A stretch of 61,448 bases of DNA, filler included, from Anaerolineae bacterium (GCA_029262755.1; 5 parts of 5 records of this genome joined end to end with filler, not necessarily neighbours in it); one strand, 5' to 3'; positions 8,666-18,742 are shown, counted from the whole stretch's first letter. Numbers and translations: made by a program. The notes: a model not told the origin generated them from the sequence alone.

Positions 8666-10714
8666 TCACGTCGCGACGTCGCCGTCCGCCTCGCCCTTCT
8701 CGTCGATCGCGTCGGGTCTGTCCGCTTGGCCCGTCACGTCCCTTGGTTGCGCATCCTCGCCGGCGACCGTGCCGACTGCCCCGTGCTCCGCAGCCGCGCC
8801 GTCCCCTGCTACCGTGTCGCCCACCGCAGCCACCCCATCCGCGTTCGCCCCTGCCGCGCGCTCTCGACGCTGACCCCGGCGTCCGCGTCCCCACGCGATT
8901 ATCGCAAGGCCCACGACCGCGATCGTGGCGGCGGCGAGGCCGGCCAGCCAACCGTACAGGGCGCGCAGCGGGTGCGGCGGAACCGGCGCTTCGACGCGGA
9001 TCTCGTCGAGCGGAAGCTCGCCGCCGTCGACCCGTAGGATCAGGATGTGGAAGTCGTTGTCGAGGCCGGCGAGGCTGAGCTCGGGCTGGGAGGGGGTCAG
9101 GACAGCCGTTTGGGATTCACCGTCGAGGACCGCGAAGATGGTCGCGCTGACCGTGTCGCTCGCGGCCAGAGATGCCGTGTCGGCCGCGTCGCCCGCGCTC
9201 CGTGTGTCGCTCACACCCGCCGTTGCTCCCGCGCCTACCGCACCATCGACCGCGTCTGGGAAGCGCGCCACGATGTGTACGGCGGTGCCGCGGAAGGGCG
9301 CTTGTAGCTCTGCGCCGCGTGATCCGACGCGCAGTTGCTCGCCGCCGCGGCCTTCCGGCGGCTCGCGGCGCCAGGCGCCGGTGTAGCCCAGGGCCGGTGC
9401 GTTGACCTCGTGGCGGCCGCGCTGCAGCACGGGCGGGCGCAGGCCGATCTCGCGGATGGCGGCCATCGATGGCGACTCGGTCCAGTCGGGATCGACCAGG
9501 CGGAACCAGCCCTCGGGTCGCTCGTGCCATTCGAAGGTCGGGCGGCGCAGGAACCATAGGAAGGACGCGCCGACCCACGGCCACTCGTCCGCGATGCGCT
9601 CGTAGGCCTCCAGGGTGTAGCGCGCACGCACCTCTTCGCTCACGCGGCCGTAGGGTGCGTCGCGGCCCTCGGGCACGCTGTTCCAGCCGAACTCCGTGAT
9701 CCAGACCGCCTTGTGGGCGTCGCCGTTGCGCACCATGACATCGCGGCTGAGGGTCACGCGCGGGAAGTTGGCGCGGTCGCGGCTCGCGCGGTGGTCCGTC
9801 GGGCCGGTCCACAGGCCGAAGGCCTGGGCGGCGAGCACGTCGAAGTGCGGCGACCACTCGGCGTCGTAGAGAGCCTGCAGATAGGCCAGGTCGTCCATGT
9901 TGCGGCCGCCCGGCTCCGTGGTCTGCGCCAGCGCGGCGCTCACGATGACCACGTCCGCGCACGCGGCTCTGGCCGCGGTCGCGCCGACGGCGAGCAGGTC
10001 GACGTAGCCGCCGGGATCAACGTCGCGCTCGCCCCATTCGGGATAGATATTCGGCTCGTTCCACAGTTGCCAGTAGCGCACGCGCCCGCAGTAGCGGCCG
10101 ACCACGGCCTCCACGAAATCGGCCCAGGCGGTCAGGTCCGAGGGCGGGCCCTTCTGCGGTCCTTCGCTCTCGGGATCGTCGTAGGCCCACGCGGGCGGGT
10201 CATCCAGGCGGCCGAGCAGCTGGACGCCGTAGTCCTCGGACAGCTGCACGAGGCGGTCGTATTTGTCCCACGCGGAGCGCGGCGGGTCGTTGCGCCGGTC
10301 CTCGTAGTCGCCGCGCTCGTGGATCTCGATGTCTTCCCACGGGAAGTGCTGGCGCGCGAAGCCCACTCCGGCGTCGCGCATGAGCTCGTAGGAGCGGCGC
10401 ACGACGGCGGGATCCGGCTCAAGCTGCAGGAAGGTGTTGACGCCCACCGGCCGCACGCTGGCATGCGCCTCGACGTCCATGGGCGCAAGCTCCAGATCGT
10501 CGCCGCCCAGATCGAGCAGCGCCAGCGCCACCGCGCCCTTTGCGCCTTCCCAGACGGACTCTTCCCCGGTCGCGTCGCGCAGCCACCGCTGCACGCCCTC
10601 TGCGCGTAGCGCAGCGGCGACGCCACCCACGAGCATCGCGATTAGAATCGCCACGGCCATGAGCGGCCACCAGCGGCGGAAGCTCGGTTTGCGCACCTCG
10701 GCGACTTCGCTCAT
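8666..10714 (-). CDS. Membrane-anchored clan GH-A glycoside hydrolase (GH5/GH39-like)
   Basis: WQLWNEPN acid/base and VWITEFGW nucleophile motifs, N- and C-terminal TM helices. Start reassigned to MSEVAEVRK (10714) inside the 794-aa ORF. Confidence 0.8.
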   Translation of the reverse strand: MSEVAEVRKPSFRRWWPLMAVAILIAMLVGGVAAALRAEGVQRWLRDATGEESVWEGAKGAVALALLDLGGDDLELAPMDVEAHASVRPVGVNTFLQLEPDPAVVRRSYELMRDAGVGFARQHFPWEDIEIHERGDYEDRRNDPPRSAWDKYDRLVQLSEDYGVQLLGRLDDPPAWAYDDPESEGPQKGPPSDLTAWADFVEAVVGRYCGRVRYWQLWNEPNIYPEWGERDVDPGGYVDLLAVGATAARAACADVVIVSAALAQTTEPGGRNMDDLAYLQALYDAEWSPHFDVLAAQAFGLWTGPTDHRASRDRANFPRVTLSRDVMVRNGDAHKAVWITEFGWNSVPEGRDAPYGRVSEEVRARYTLEAYERIADEWPWVGASFLWFLRRPTFEWHERPEGWFRLVDPDWTESPSMAAIREIGLRPPVLQRGRHEVNAPALGYTGAWRREPPEGRGGEQLRVGSRGAELQAPFRGTAVHIVARFPDAVDGAVGAGATAGVSDTRSAGDAADTASLAASDTVSATIFAVLDGESQTAVLTPSQPELSLAGLDNDFHILILRVDGGELPLDEIRVEAPVPPHPLRALYGWLAGLAAATIAVVGLAIIAWGRGRRGQRRERAAGANADGVAAVGDTVAGDGAAAEHGAVGTVAGEDAQPRDVTGQADRPDAIDEKGEADGDVAT

Positions 10715-10719
10715 CGGCT

Positions 10720-11034
10720 CTAGCCTCCGAAGTGCAGATAGACCGGCATGGCCGCCGCGCCCGCCAGCAACAGGCCGATCAGCTTCGTGTCCTGCCGCGG
10801 TGCAAACGCCAGCGCGGCCAGGCCCGCAACGACAGGCACGATCTTGGCGCCGAGGGTCACCATCTCGACGGCGGGCAGCGACACGGTGCCATAGACCGCG
10901 AGCAGCAGGAGCACGCTCGCTGCGAAGGCCACCATGCCCAGCCGGCCTATCCACGTCTGACGTCCGGCGGAGGCGGTCATCAGCCCGGAGAGCACAGTCA
11001 GGTAGAGGTACCACCCGCACAGAAAGGATTGCAT
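10720..11034 (-). CDS. Small membrane protein of unknown function
   Basis: About 104 aa with 3-4 hydrophobic segments; its stop lies 5 bp before the GH start; GGAAGG upstream. Confidence 0.55.
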   Translation of the reverse strand: MQSFLCGWYLYLTVLSGLMTASAGRQTWIGRLGMVAFAASVLLLLAVYGTVSLPAVEMVTLGAKIVPVVAGLAALAFAPRQDTKLIGLLLAGAAAMPVYLHFGG

Positions 11035-11386
11035 CGGGAACACGGCGCACCTTCCGGTGGGGGAGGGAGAATGGTCGGACTCACGTGCGGTCCGGGCAGG
11101 CCCGGGCCTCGATGTCCGCCGAATGTGCGACCATGCAGGGTCGCATCGCGGACCGGGCAACGATAGTGCGCCCGCGGTGGGCTGTCGAATGGTCAGGGCG
11201 CGAATGTGATGGCCGTGTAAACAGACTGTTGACGACCCCAACCGGCTCTAACCCGGAGCGGCCCCCGCACCTTATTGCTGCTAACGAGGCGCGCACGTGC
11301 CGTGCCCCGGATTGCGATCGCAATGCAGCTTGGATCTTTGGCTTCCCCCTTTCGTCTGAACGACCCCCTTATGGAGAACCAACCCA

Positions 11387-11884
11387 ATGCAGAAGCTAAG
11401 GCTCAGCACCGCGCTTTTCGCCGCCGCCTTTTTGGTTGGCCTGGCCGTCACCACAGTCAACGCTGCTCCGGCGCTCGACCTAACAGACGCCGCCATCGAT
11501 AGCGCTCTGCTCGGCACAGCGGACCTCGACGGCGGCTTCGTCGACAACGGCAACGAGATTGATCACGGCCGCCGTGGCCGCCGCGGGGGCGAAGGTAGCA
11601 TGTGCGCCCGCCTGGCCCACGAGGTCAAGAAGGCTTGCCCCTGCGAGGGCAACGACGACGACGGCTGGACCGATCACGCCGAGTACGTCGACTGCGTCAG
11701 CGACAAGCTGGACGAGCTCGTCGACAGCGAGGACGAAGCGCAGATGGAATGCGCGACGAAGATCGTCGAGCGCGCCGAAGCATCCGAGATCGGCAACGAC
11801 GGCTTCGAGTGCCCCACCGGCCGCCACTGTGGCCGCGACAAGGGCGAGCGCCCGTCCCCTCCTGGCGACGATCCGGGCCTCTAG
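11387..11884 (+). CDS. Secreted small Cys-rich acidic protein
   Basis: GGAG RBS, Sec signal ending VNA, 7 Cys with a CPC..W..H..YV.CV motif, biased codon usage, followed by a terminator. Confidence 0.75.
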   Translation: MQKLRLSTALFAAAFLVGLAVTTVNAAPALDLTDAAIDSALLGTADLDGGFVDNGNEIDHGRRGRRGGEGSMCARLAHEVKKACPCEGNDDDGWTDHAEYVDCVSDKLDELVDSEDEAQMECATKIVERAEASEIGNDGFECPTGRHCGRDKGERPSPPGDDPGL

Positions 11885-11931
11885 GACTGAGTGATTTCCC
11901 GCGCAGGACGGAGGGCCTCCCGTCCTGATTC

Positions 11932-11971
11932 GACGCCCCCCGATCTGCGGGTCGGGGGGCGTCTCTCTTTT
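11932..11971 (+). terminator. Rho-independent terminator
   Basis: GACGCCCCCCGATC-tgcg-GGTCGGGGGGCGTC stem followed by TCTCTTTT. Confidence 0.75.
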
Positions 11972-12072
11972 GCCCGGATTTCCGGCCCGGACGGCCGTTT
12001 GCCTTGACCGAGCGGGGCCGGATCCCTATCCTCTTGCGCCTGGCATACTTGCCGCGGAAGGGGGTGATGTGA

Positions 12073-12300
12073 TTGTCGGTCGATTTACGACCCGGTGAAA
12101 GCTTTGAAGCGCTGCTCAAACGATTCCGCAAGGAAGTCGCGAAGTCGCGTATTCTGAGCACATACCGACGCAAGCGCTGGTTCACCCCGCCGAGCGAAGA
12201 GCGCCGCCTGGCTCAGAAGAAGGCGGAGCGACGCGCCCGCCGCCGCAAGCTGCGAAGCGTGCGACGCACGAAGAAGCCCGTGCGCTCGGACCGCCCGTAG
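12073..12300 (+). CDS. rpsU: 30S ribosomal protein S21
   Basis: 'GESFEALLKRFRKEV..ILSTYRRKRWFTPPSEERR' S21 signature; TTG start with purine-rich RBS. Confidence 0.92.
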   Translation: MSVDLRPGESFEALLKRFRKEVAKSRILSTYRRKRWFTPPSEERRLAQKKAERRARRRKLRSVRRTKKPVRSDRP

Positions 12301-12366
12301 CCTAGGCGATACGCGCAGTACCGGACGCGGCGGCAACACGCACCGCGCTCCACGAAGCGAACCCAT

Positions 12367-12403
12367 CGAGGCCCGTCGCGATTTGCGACGGGCCTCGTTC
12401 GTT
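12367..12403 (+). terminator. Probable rpsU terminator
   Basis: CGAGGCCCGTCGC-gattt-GCGACGGGCCTCG perfect stem followed by TTCGTT. Confidence 0.7.
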
Positions 12404-12448
12404 GTGGTGGGACACCGTACGCGCGGAGCATGGGCGATCGCGCGCACC

Positions 12449-12535
12449 GACGGTTGTGCCTACGGCGTGTCTGCGGCGACCGTTGTGGCAGCGGCTTGTC
12501 CGCGGCGACCGTTGTCTCTACGGCCTGTCCGCGCC
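12449..12535. repeat. 3 x 29-bp imperfect intergenic tandem repeat
   Basis: GACGGTTGTGCCTACGGCGTGTCTGCGGC / GACCGTTGTGGCAGCGGCTTGTCCGCGGC / GACCGTTGTCTCTACGGCCTGTCCGCGCC. Confidence 0.85.
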
Positions 12536-12551
12536 GCCTTCGTCACTACCC

Positions 12552-13046
12552 TTAGTGGCCTGCGTCGACGCTGCCCGTTTCGACCGCGTCGCCCGCCTCG
12601 CCTTCACGCTCGTCACGCTCGCACCAGGCCTTCACGGCGTCCATGTCGCCTTCCATGGCCTTCGCGACCATCTTCATGACCATCGGCGTCGTGATCTTGC
12701 CCATGAGCGAATGCGGCCGCGCCTCCATGGTCATGTTCAGCTCAGCCCCATCGCCCTGCGGCACGACGGTCATGACCGTGTCCCACACCGTCCCGCCCTC
12801 GTCCGACACGATCCGAAAGCGCTCGGGTCGCTCGTATTCGGTCACCTCGAGCTCGACGGTGCCCTCCCGCCCGTTCATGACCCGCGTCTCGTTGAAGCGC
12901 GTCCCAACGCCGACCTTCTGAGTGGTCAGAAACTCGATCTTGGTGATGCCGGGCACCGCGGTGGAGAAGTTCGCGATATCCGCAACAGCATCGAAGACCC
13001 GCTCCGGCGGCGCAGCGACGACACGGTGGAATTCAACGGTGGGCAT
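12552..13046 (-). CDS. SRPBCC (polyketide cyclase/dehydrase) family protein
   Basis: 'VAAPPERVFDAVADIANF..GVGTRF.ETR..EVTEYERP' pattern; AGGAG RBS. Confidence 0.85.
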   Translation of the reverse strand: MPTVEFHRVVAAPPERVFDAVADIANFSTAVPGITKIEFLTTQKVGVGTRFNETRVMNGREGTVELEVTEYERPERFRIVSDEGGTVWDTVMTVVPQGDGAELNMTMEARPHSLMGKITTPMVMKMVAKAMEGDMDAVKAWCERDEREGEAGDAVETGSVDAGH

Positions 13047-13374
13047 GGGCTTCTCCTATCAAGGGGGATTGTCACGGGCGGTAGTGCGGGGGGCATGGGC
13101 GAAGATTCTGCGCGGCGGTTGGCGGCGTGCCACCAGCGCTGGATGCAACGAGCCGCAAGCGATTCGGCGAGCGGTAGCTCGATGTAGCGCAACTACCGGC
13201 CGAAGGTAGCCCGAGCACTGGGCGACGTCAACGGGTATCTACACGAGGGGTCCTAGGGGTTGAACCGATACACATGGAGTCGAGCAAGCGCATTTGCGAC
13301 GAGCTCGGGGCGCTGGACACAGGCCGTCGGAACGGAGTACCGCCGTCGAGCGATGTGCGGCACCATGTCCACCC

Positions 13375-14208
<834 letters not shown>

Positions 14209-14296
14209 AAACCGATGGCCAGAGCGCCAGCATCCAACGGAGAGGCAAGAGGAGCCTCCCGCGAGTTGCGATTCGCCCACTCTCGAGGATGGATCG

Positions 14297-14689
14297 ATGC
14301 AATCCACCGACGCCGACATGCCGCAACCGTCGTCAACCACGCCCACCCGCCTCGCCGCCGTCCTCGTCGCGAGCGAGCAACCTGCCGACCTGGCGGAGTT
14401 CTACCGCCAAACGCTAGACCTCGGTGCACCCAGCTACGTGACCGACGATCACGTCGGCTTTGCGCTCGGCGACGCGTACGTCGGCTTTGAGCGCGGCGCG
14501 CAAGCGCAGGCCGGCGGCGCGATCACACTGTGGTTCCACGTCGACGATCTGAACGCGACCACGGCCCGCATGGTGGCTGCCGGCGCTTCCGATCCGAGTG
14601 AGCCGTTCGAGACCGCTGAGAACGAGATGGGGCTCACGATCACGGATCCTGCGGGCAACCCGATCGGGTTGTTGTGCGCGGTCGGTTGA
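14297..14689 (+). CDS. VOC/glyoxalase family protein
   Basis: 'LAEFYRQTL..LWFHVDDL..TDPAGNPIGL' VOC signature; GAGGA RBS. Confidence 0.85.
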   Translation: MQSTDADMPQPSSTTPTRLAAVLVASEQPADLAEFYRQTLDLGAPSYVTDDHVGFALGDAYVGFERGAQAQAGGAITLWFHVDDLNATTARMVAAGASDPSEPFETAENEMGLTITDPAGNPIGLLCAVG

Positions 14690-14837
14690 CGTGGGCAGCC
14701 ATCCCCCGATGCGGTGGGTCGTCTCGGTCGTGACATAGATGGCAGCGGTTTGCCGACACAGGTGAGATGGGTTTCCGTGCCGTGCCAAGACCTGTTCGGT
14801 CCGTTCGTCCCGCAATGTCTGAGGCTACAATGCGGAT

Positions 14838-15209
14838 ATGGAACGCGTGAATAGGGTCACCGAGCGGCGCATGCCGATTGCCGAGCATTGCAGAGCCACG
14901 GTGCCTCGAGGTCGACACTTCGCTGTGCCTCGCGCTGACATCGAGGATTTCTGCCGGCGATGGCACGTGCTGGAGATGAGCCTGTTCGGCTCCGTGTTGC
15001 GTGAGGACTTTGGCCCGGAGAGCGATGTCGACGTCCTGATCGTCATCGATCCCGAAGCCGACGTCAGCCTTTTCAAGCTCGTGCGCATGCGGGACGAGCT
15101 TCGTGCGATCTTCGGGCGCGACATTGATCTTGTGGAGAGGGCGGCGCTGGTTAATCCCTTTCGGCGCGAGGAGATCCTCAAACACTGCGAGCGGATCTAT
15201 GCCGCCTGA
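14838..15209 (+). CDS. MNT-family nucleotidyltransferase antitoxin (MntA-like)
   Basis: GS-x10-DxD motif (FGSVLREDFGPESDVDV) and 'IFGRDIDLV'; TACAAT -10 box just upstream of the ATG. Confidence 0.88.
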   Translation: MERVNRVTERRMPIAEHCRATVPRGRHFAVPRADIEDFCRRWHVLEMSLFGSVLREDFGPESDVDVLIVIDPEADVSLFKLVRMRDELRAIFGRDIDLVERAALVNPFRREEILKHCERIYAA

Positions 15210-15294
15210 GCAGGCCGAGAGAGCCGTTCTCTGGGACATGCAGCGCGCGGCCGAAGACGTGTCCGAGTTCGTCGAAGGGCTACGTCTAGATTGA
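15199..15294 (+). pseudogene. Truncated HEPN/DUF86 toxin (N-terminal 31 codons only)
   Basis: MPPEQAERAVLWDMQRAAEDVSEFVEGL overlaps the MNT stop and resembles a DUF86 N-terminus, then stops early. Confidence 0.65.
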
Positions 15295-15352
15295 GGCGGC
15301 ATGGGGCCCGAAGGCTGGCGGAGAGCAATAAAGATGCTGCCTCACGGTGGCC

Positions 15353-15810
15353 TCAAAGCGCCTCGTCCATCACCTCCGGGTGATCGCGTAGCCACGTCCG
15401 GAGCGCGGTTGCGAGCCGCTCCACATCATCGACGTGTTCCGTGGCGATCCGAAAAGTTCATCGGCATTCACGTCGTGATACATGTGAACGAGGCGGTTGC
15501 GATAACCGGCCATCATCCGAAGTAGCTCGGCGTCTCGATCATCAAGGGCACCAACATCGCGCAAGCTGGCGGCGATCGCCTTGTACTCCGTCGGCGCCAT
15601 TGCCAACCGAGACGCCAGGAGGTGCCGGCCTAGATCGAGCAGTGCTTCCAGCGATCGGCGGAGGCATGACTCGGCGGTTCAGACTTTTCAACCGTCGGCG
15701 GCGAACGCAGCTTGGTCGCCGAGCGGCAGGAGTCTGATTTTCGCCACTGCTTCGTCAATCCGTTCGAGTCGGTCAACCACAACACGTCGGGAGATTGGAG
15801 CCGGGCTCAC
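15353..15810 (-). pseudogene. HEPN/DUF86 (HepT-like) toxin pseudogene
   Basis: 'ESCLRRSLEALLDLGRH' and Rx4H motif RNRLVH; in-frame TGA at 15688-15690 and 15679-15681; frameshift at the homopolymer 15452-15455. Confidence 0.82.
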
Positions 15811-16260
15811 AACCCTTGCTCCAGCACCCGGCGCATTCGTTCGCGCTCGAAGGGTTCGAGATCGGCGGCACGCCGCATTACGTAAAGCTCGAACTCGATG
15901 GATTCCACGCGGTCTCGCGTCCAGAGCCTTTTCGCCGCGTATGACGTTGAGCGCAAGGAAGGCGTCGGCGCTTTCCAATCGCGTCAGATCGACCCTCGCT
16001 ACTCCGAACATGTCTTCAAGGGCCAGCGCTAGCCGAACGGCACCATTGACCGACAGCGGGAGGTCGGACGGTCGGAGCGCACCGATATCTAGATCAGACG
16101 GGCCTCGTTGCAGCGTTTCGACTGCACCGAGGACCCAGTCGCGGGCCTCCTGCCCTCGGCTGCCGAAGGCATAGAGGGCACTGAGCTGATACGTTCGACA
16201 GAGAGCGGCTAGTGCCGCTTCTCGTTCTTGCGCACGCGTTGCGTAGTCACGATAAAGCAT
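15807..16260 (-). pseudogene. MNT nucleotidyltransferase antitoxin pseudogene
   Basis: 'LYAFGSRG..SDLDIG..RVDL'. Removing one base from the homopolymer 15929-15932 restores GERLWTRD..ELYVMRRAADLEPFERER and a TGA overlapping the HEPN GTG start. Confidence 0.8.
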
Positions 16261-16561
16261 GGAGTGACGATAGGGCGGAGGCCGGCGCTCGTCCAGGCGT
16301 TCGCTCTTGCCATCGCATGCCGTCTCGGGAGTCGTCTCGCTCCTCGCGATACGCCACCTCGACGAGGTTCCCGTCGGGGCCGGGGCGGTAGATCGAACGG
16401 GCCTTGCCCGTAGCACCATCGCGCTCGGCGGAGCCCCCCAAGATCTCGATCCCTAGCGCACGCAACGCTACGGTGACGCGCAGCCAGTGAATCCAGCGAA
16501 CGGCGACCCCAAGGTGTTCGGCTGGAGAACATACGTCGCGCCCACCAGCGCGATTTACCAC
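16247..16561 (-). pseudogene. VOC family C-terminal remnant
   Basis: 'LGIEILGGSAERDGATGKARSIYRPGPDGNLVEV' matches a VOC C-terminal half; the N-terminal half is absent. Confidence 0.55.
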
Positions 16562-16583
16562 CTGCTGCCGGCCGGCCTGACTC

Positions 16584-16985
16584 CTAGCCGGCGTCCATCC
16601 GTCCGTACACGATGCCGATCAAGGCGCCCATGACGGTGAGCACGGTCATGTTGAAGGCGATATCGGATAGGGTGCCGGCCAGCTGCAGCTCGAACACCGA
16701 GTACACGATCAGCATGGTGCACGCGATGATAGCGCCCACGATGGCACCGAAGCGGGCGCCTTCTTGCCAAGGCTCGCCTCCGTCGTAGCCGCGCGGGTAT
16801 AGCCAAGCCATAAGCAGAGCCAGCAACACGAACGCGAGGAGGCCGGTCGTCAGGTTCGGCTCCGGCCGAGCCACCGCCGCCTCCCAGACGGCGAACTGCT
16901 CTTTCATCAGCACTTCGTAGAACACGAACCCGGAAATGGCATACGTCAAGAATGCTGCGACGGTCGCAGTGACAAGCTTGCCCAT
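16584..16985 (-). CDS. 4-TM membrane protein (DUF1761-like)
   Basis: GGAGGAGG RBS; four hydrophobic helices and 'EGARFGAIVG'. Confidence 0.65.
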   Translation of the reverse strand: MGKLVTATVAAFLTYAISGFVFYEVLMKEQFAVWEAAVARPEPNLTTGLLAFVLLALLMAWLYPRGYDGGEPWQEGARFGAIVGAIIACTMLIVYSVFELQLAGTLSDIAFNMTVLTVMGALIGIVYGRMDAG

Positions 16986-17178
16986 GAACCACCCTCCTCC
17001 TCGATAGCAGCGATCCCGGTGATCGCCGCGGCTACGAGCCGAGAGCCATTATCCACGTTCGAATGGGGATGAGAAGTAGCCCCGATTGGCTGCGCTGAGC
17101 GATAGCCTCGGAGGGTCACCCTTCGTCGCTGGGACAGCTACAGTCGGTCGAGCCGACGAGGTCGGCAGGACCGGTCGT

Positions 17179-18549
17179 TCAGCGCACGTCCCCCGCCAAC
17201 GCGCCCCTCACCGCAGCCTCAACGCCCGCCACCGGAATCGTCGCAATACGGTTCGCCTCGGCCTCACGAGGACCATCGCCCACGCTCGCCGCGCCAACCG
17301 CCCCTGCCACCACCGCCACGCCCGCACCCGGCACCGGCCCGTATCGCTGCGAGCTGGTCGGGCCGAAGAGCACCACCGCCGGCGTTCCCACCGCCGCGGC
17401 GAGGTGCGCCACGCCGCTGTCGTTGCCGACGTACACCTCGGCTGAATCGATCAACGCAGCCGTGCCGCCGAGCGAGAGCCGCCCGCTTGCGTCCACCACC
17501 TGCCCGGCCGTCGCGCCAACGTCCGTCGCCCCAACCGCCGCCGCGCCACCGGCCGCCATACCCGTTGCGCCATCGTGCGCCGCCTCCGTCGCTCGCGCTA
17601 TCACCTCGGCAGCAAGGGCCCGATCGTCCGGACCCCCTACCACCACGACGTCCGTTCCCTCCGCCGTACTGTCCGCCGCACGGCCCGCGACGCCCTCCTC
17701 TACGCCCCCCTTCGCCAGCCGCGCCGCGAGCGCGCCGAAGCGTGCCGCCGGCCAGCGCTTGCTCGGCATGTGCGTGCCCGGGTTCTCGCCGCCGCCCGGA
17801 TGGATCACGACGAGCGGGCGGCCGCTGCCGCCGACGTCCAACGTCGCCAGCAGCGCGCGCGCCGCCTGCGTGTCGGCCTCGCTGGGGTGGAAGACCGGAC
17901 GCAGGTGCGATAGGTCCATCAGATCTGGCGAATCTCCATCGTCGATCGTGGGAGCGTCGCTCACGCGCCTCACACCCTCGACCATCGAGCCCACGCCTTC
18001 CATCGTCCGCTCTACCGTCACATCCCCCGACCCGTCTGCAGTCCCGCCCACCGTCGCGCCCAACGTCGCGCCCATCGCCCCATCCGGCGTCCCGTCGAGC
18101 GCCAGATAGAGCACGCTTTCGTGGCGCGGGTCGTAGGGCGTGGTGGGGATGCGGACCGTGTGCGCCCAGCCGCGCCGGCCGCTTGCGAGTCCCACGCGTA
18201 CGGGAGCGCCCGTCGCCCAGGCGAGCGCGGTCAGCAGCGGCGAGCGGTCGGGGGTGTACACGACGTCGTACTTCCGCCGCCGGAGGGCGATGGCCGTGCG
18301 GAGCCAGAAGCGCCACCGCAGGTCACCGCGGATGCAGTGGCTAGCGTCGACGAGCTCGGCCACGTGCGGGTTGCCCGCCAGGACCGGCCGGCTGTGCGCG
18401 TCCACGGCCCAGTCGAGCACGACGTCCGGCCAGCGTTGCTTGATGGCCCGCGCGAGAGGCGTCGTCATCAGGACGTCGCCGATGCAGCAGGGCTTGAGGA
18501 TCAGTGCGCGGCGCGGGGTTGGGATGGCGACGTAGAGCGGCGCCGGCAT
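17179..18549 (-). CDS. Glycosyltransferase family 9 (heptosyltransferase-like)
   Basis: IGDVLMTTP, HPGGG..KRWP, VGNDSGVAHLAAAVGTP.VVLFGPT motifs. Start placed at the ATG with a GGAG RBS; the ORF extends to 18729. Confidence 0.9.
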   Translation of the reverse strand: MPAPLYVAIPTPRRALILKPCCIGDVLMTTPLARAIKQRWPDVVLDWAVDAHSRPVLAGNPHVAELVDASHCIRGDLRWRFWLRTAIALRRRKYDVVYTPDRSPLLTALAWATGAPVRVGLASGRRGWAHTVRIPTTPYDPRHESVLYLALDGTPDGAMGATLGATVGGTADGSGDVTVERTMEGVGSMVEGVRRVSDAPTIDDGDSPDLMDLSHLRPVFHPSEADTQAARALLATLDVGGSGRPLVVIHPGGGENPGTHMPSKRWPAARFGALAARLAKGGVEEGVAGRAADSTAEGTDVVVVGGPDDRALAAEVIARATEAAHDGATGMAAGGAAAVGATDVGATAGQVVDASGRLSLGGTAALIDSAEVYVGNDSGVAHLAAAVGTPAVVLFGPTSSQRYGPVPGAGVAVVAGAVGAASVGDGPREAEANRIATIPVAGVEAAVRGALAGDVR

Positions 18550-18742
18550 CCAAGCTCCGGAGGCGTGGGAGACGTGGTGGCCGTGCGAAGCGGCACCCGT
18601 TCCAACGCCGCCGACCGCTGTCGAACCGTCCATCGCTCCATGACCGCTCGCCCGCGACCGGTCCCGTTCGTCCGTACGCCCGCGCGCGCGGCGGCGATCG
18701 CTTCCGTCCCGGCCACCACCATCCCGCACCCGCCCTTCCCTA

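Noticed and set aside
8585..8678. Imperfect 54-bp-period duplication between the GH and GT39 genes
   Set aside because: Only two degenerate copies; consistent with local slippage.
7817..12535. 18-bp and 29-bp repeat series as possible CRISPR arrays
   Set aside because: The units are contiguous without unique spacers, and no cas genes are present.
15679..15690. Two in-frame TGA codons suggesting selenocysteine or UGA recoding
   Set aside because: The same gene and its partner also have frameshifts, and TGA is a normal stop elsewhere in the window. Pseudogenisation is simpler.
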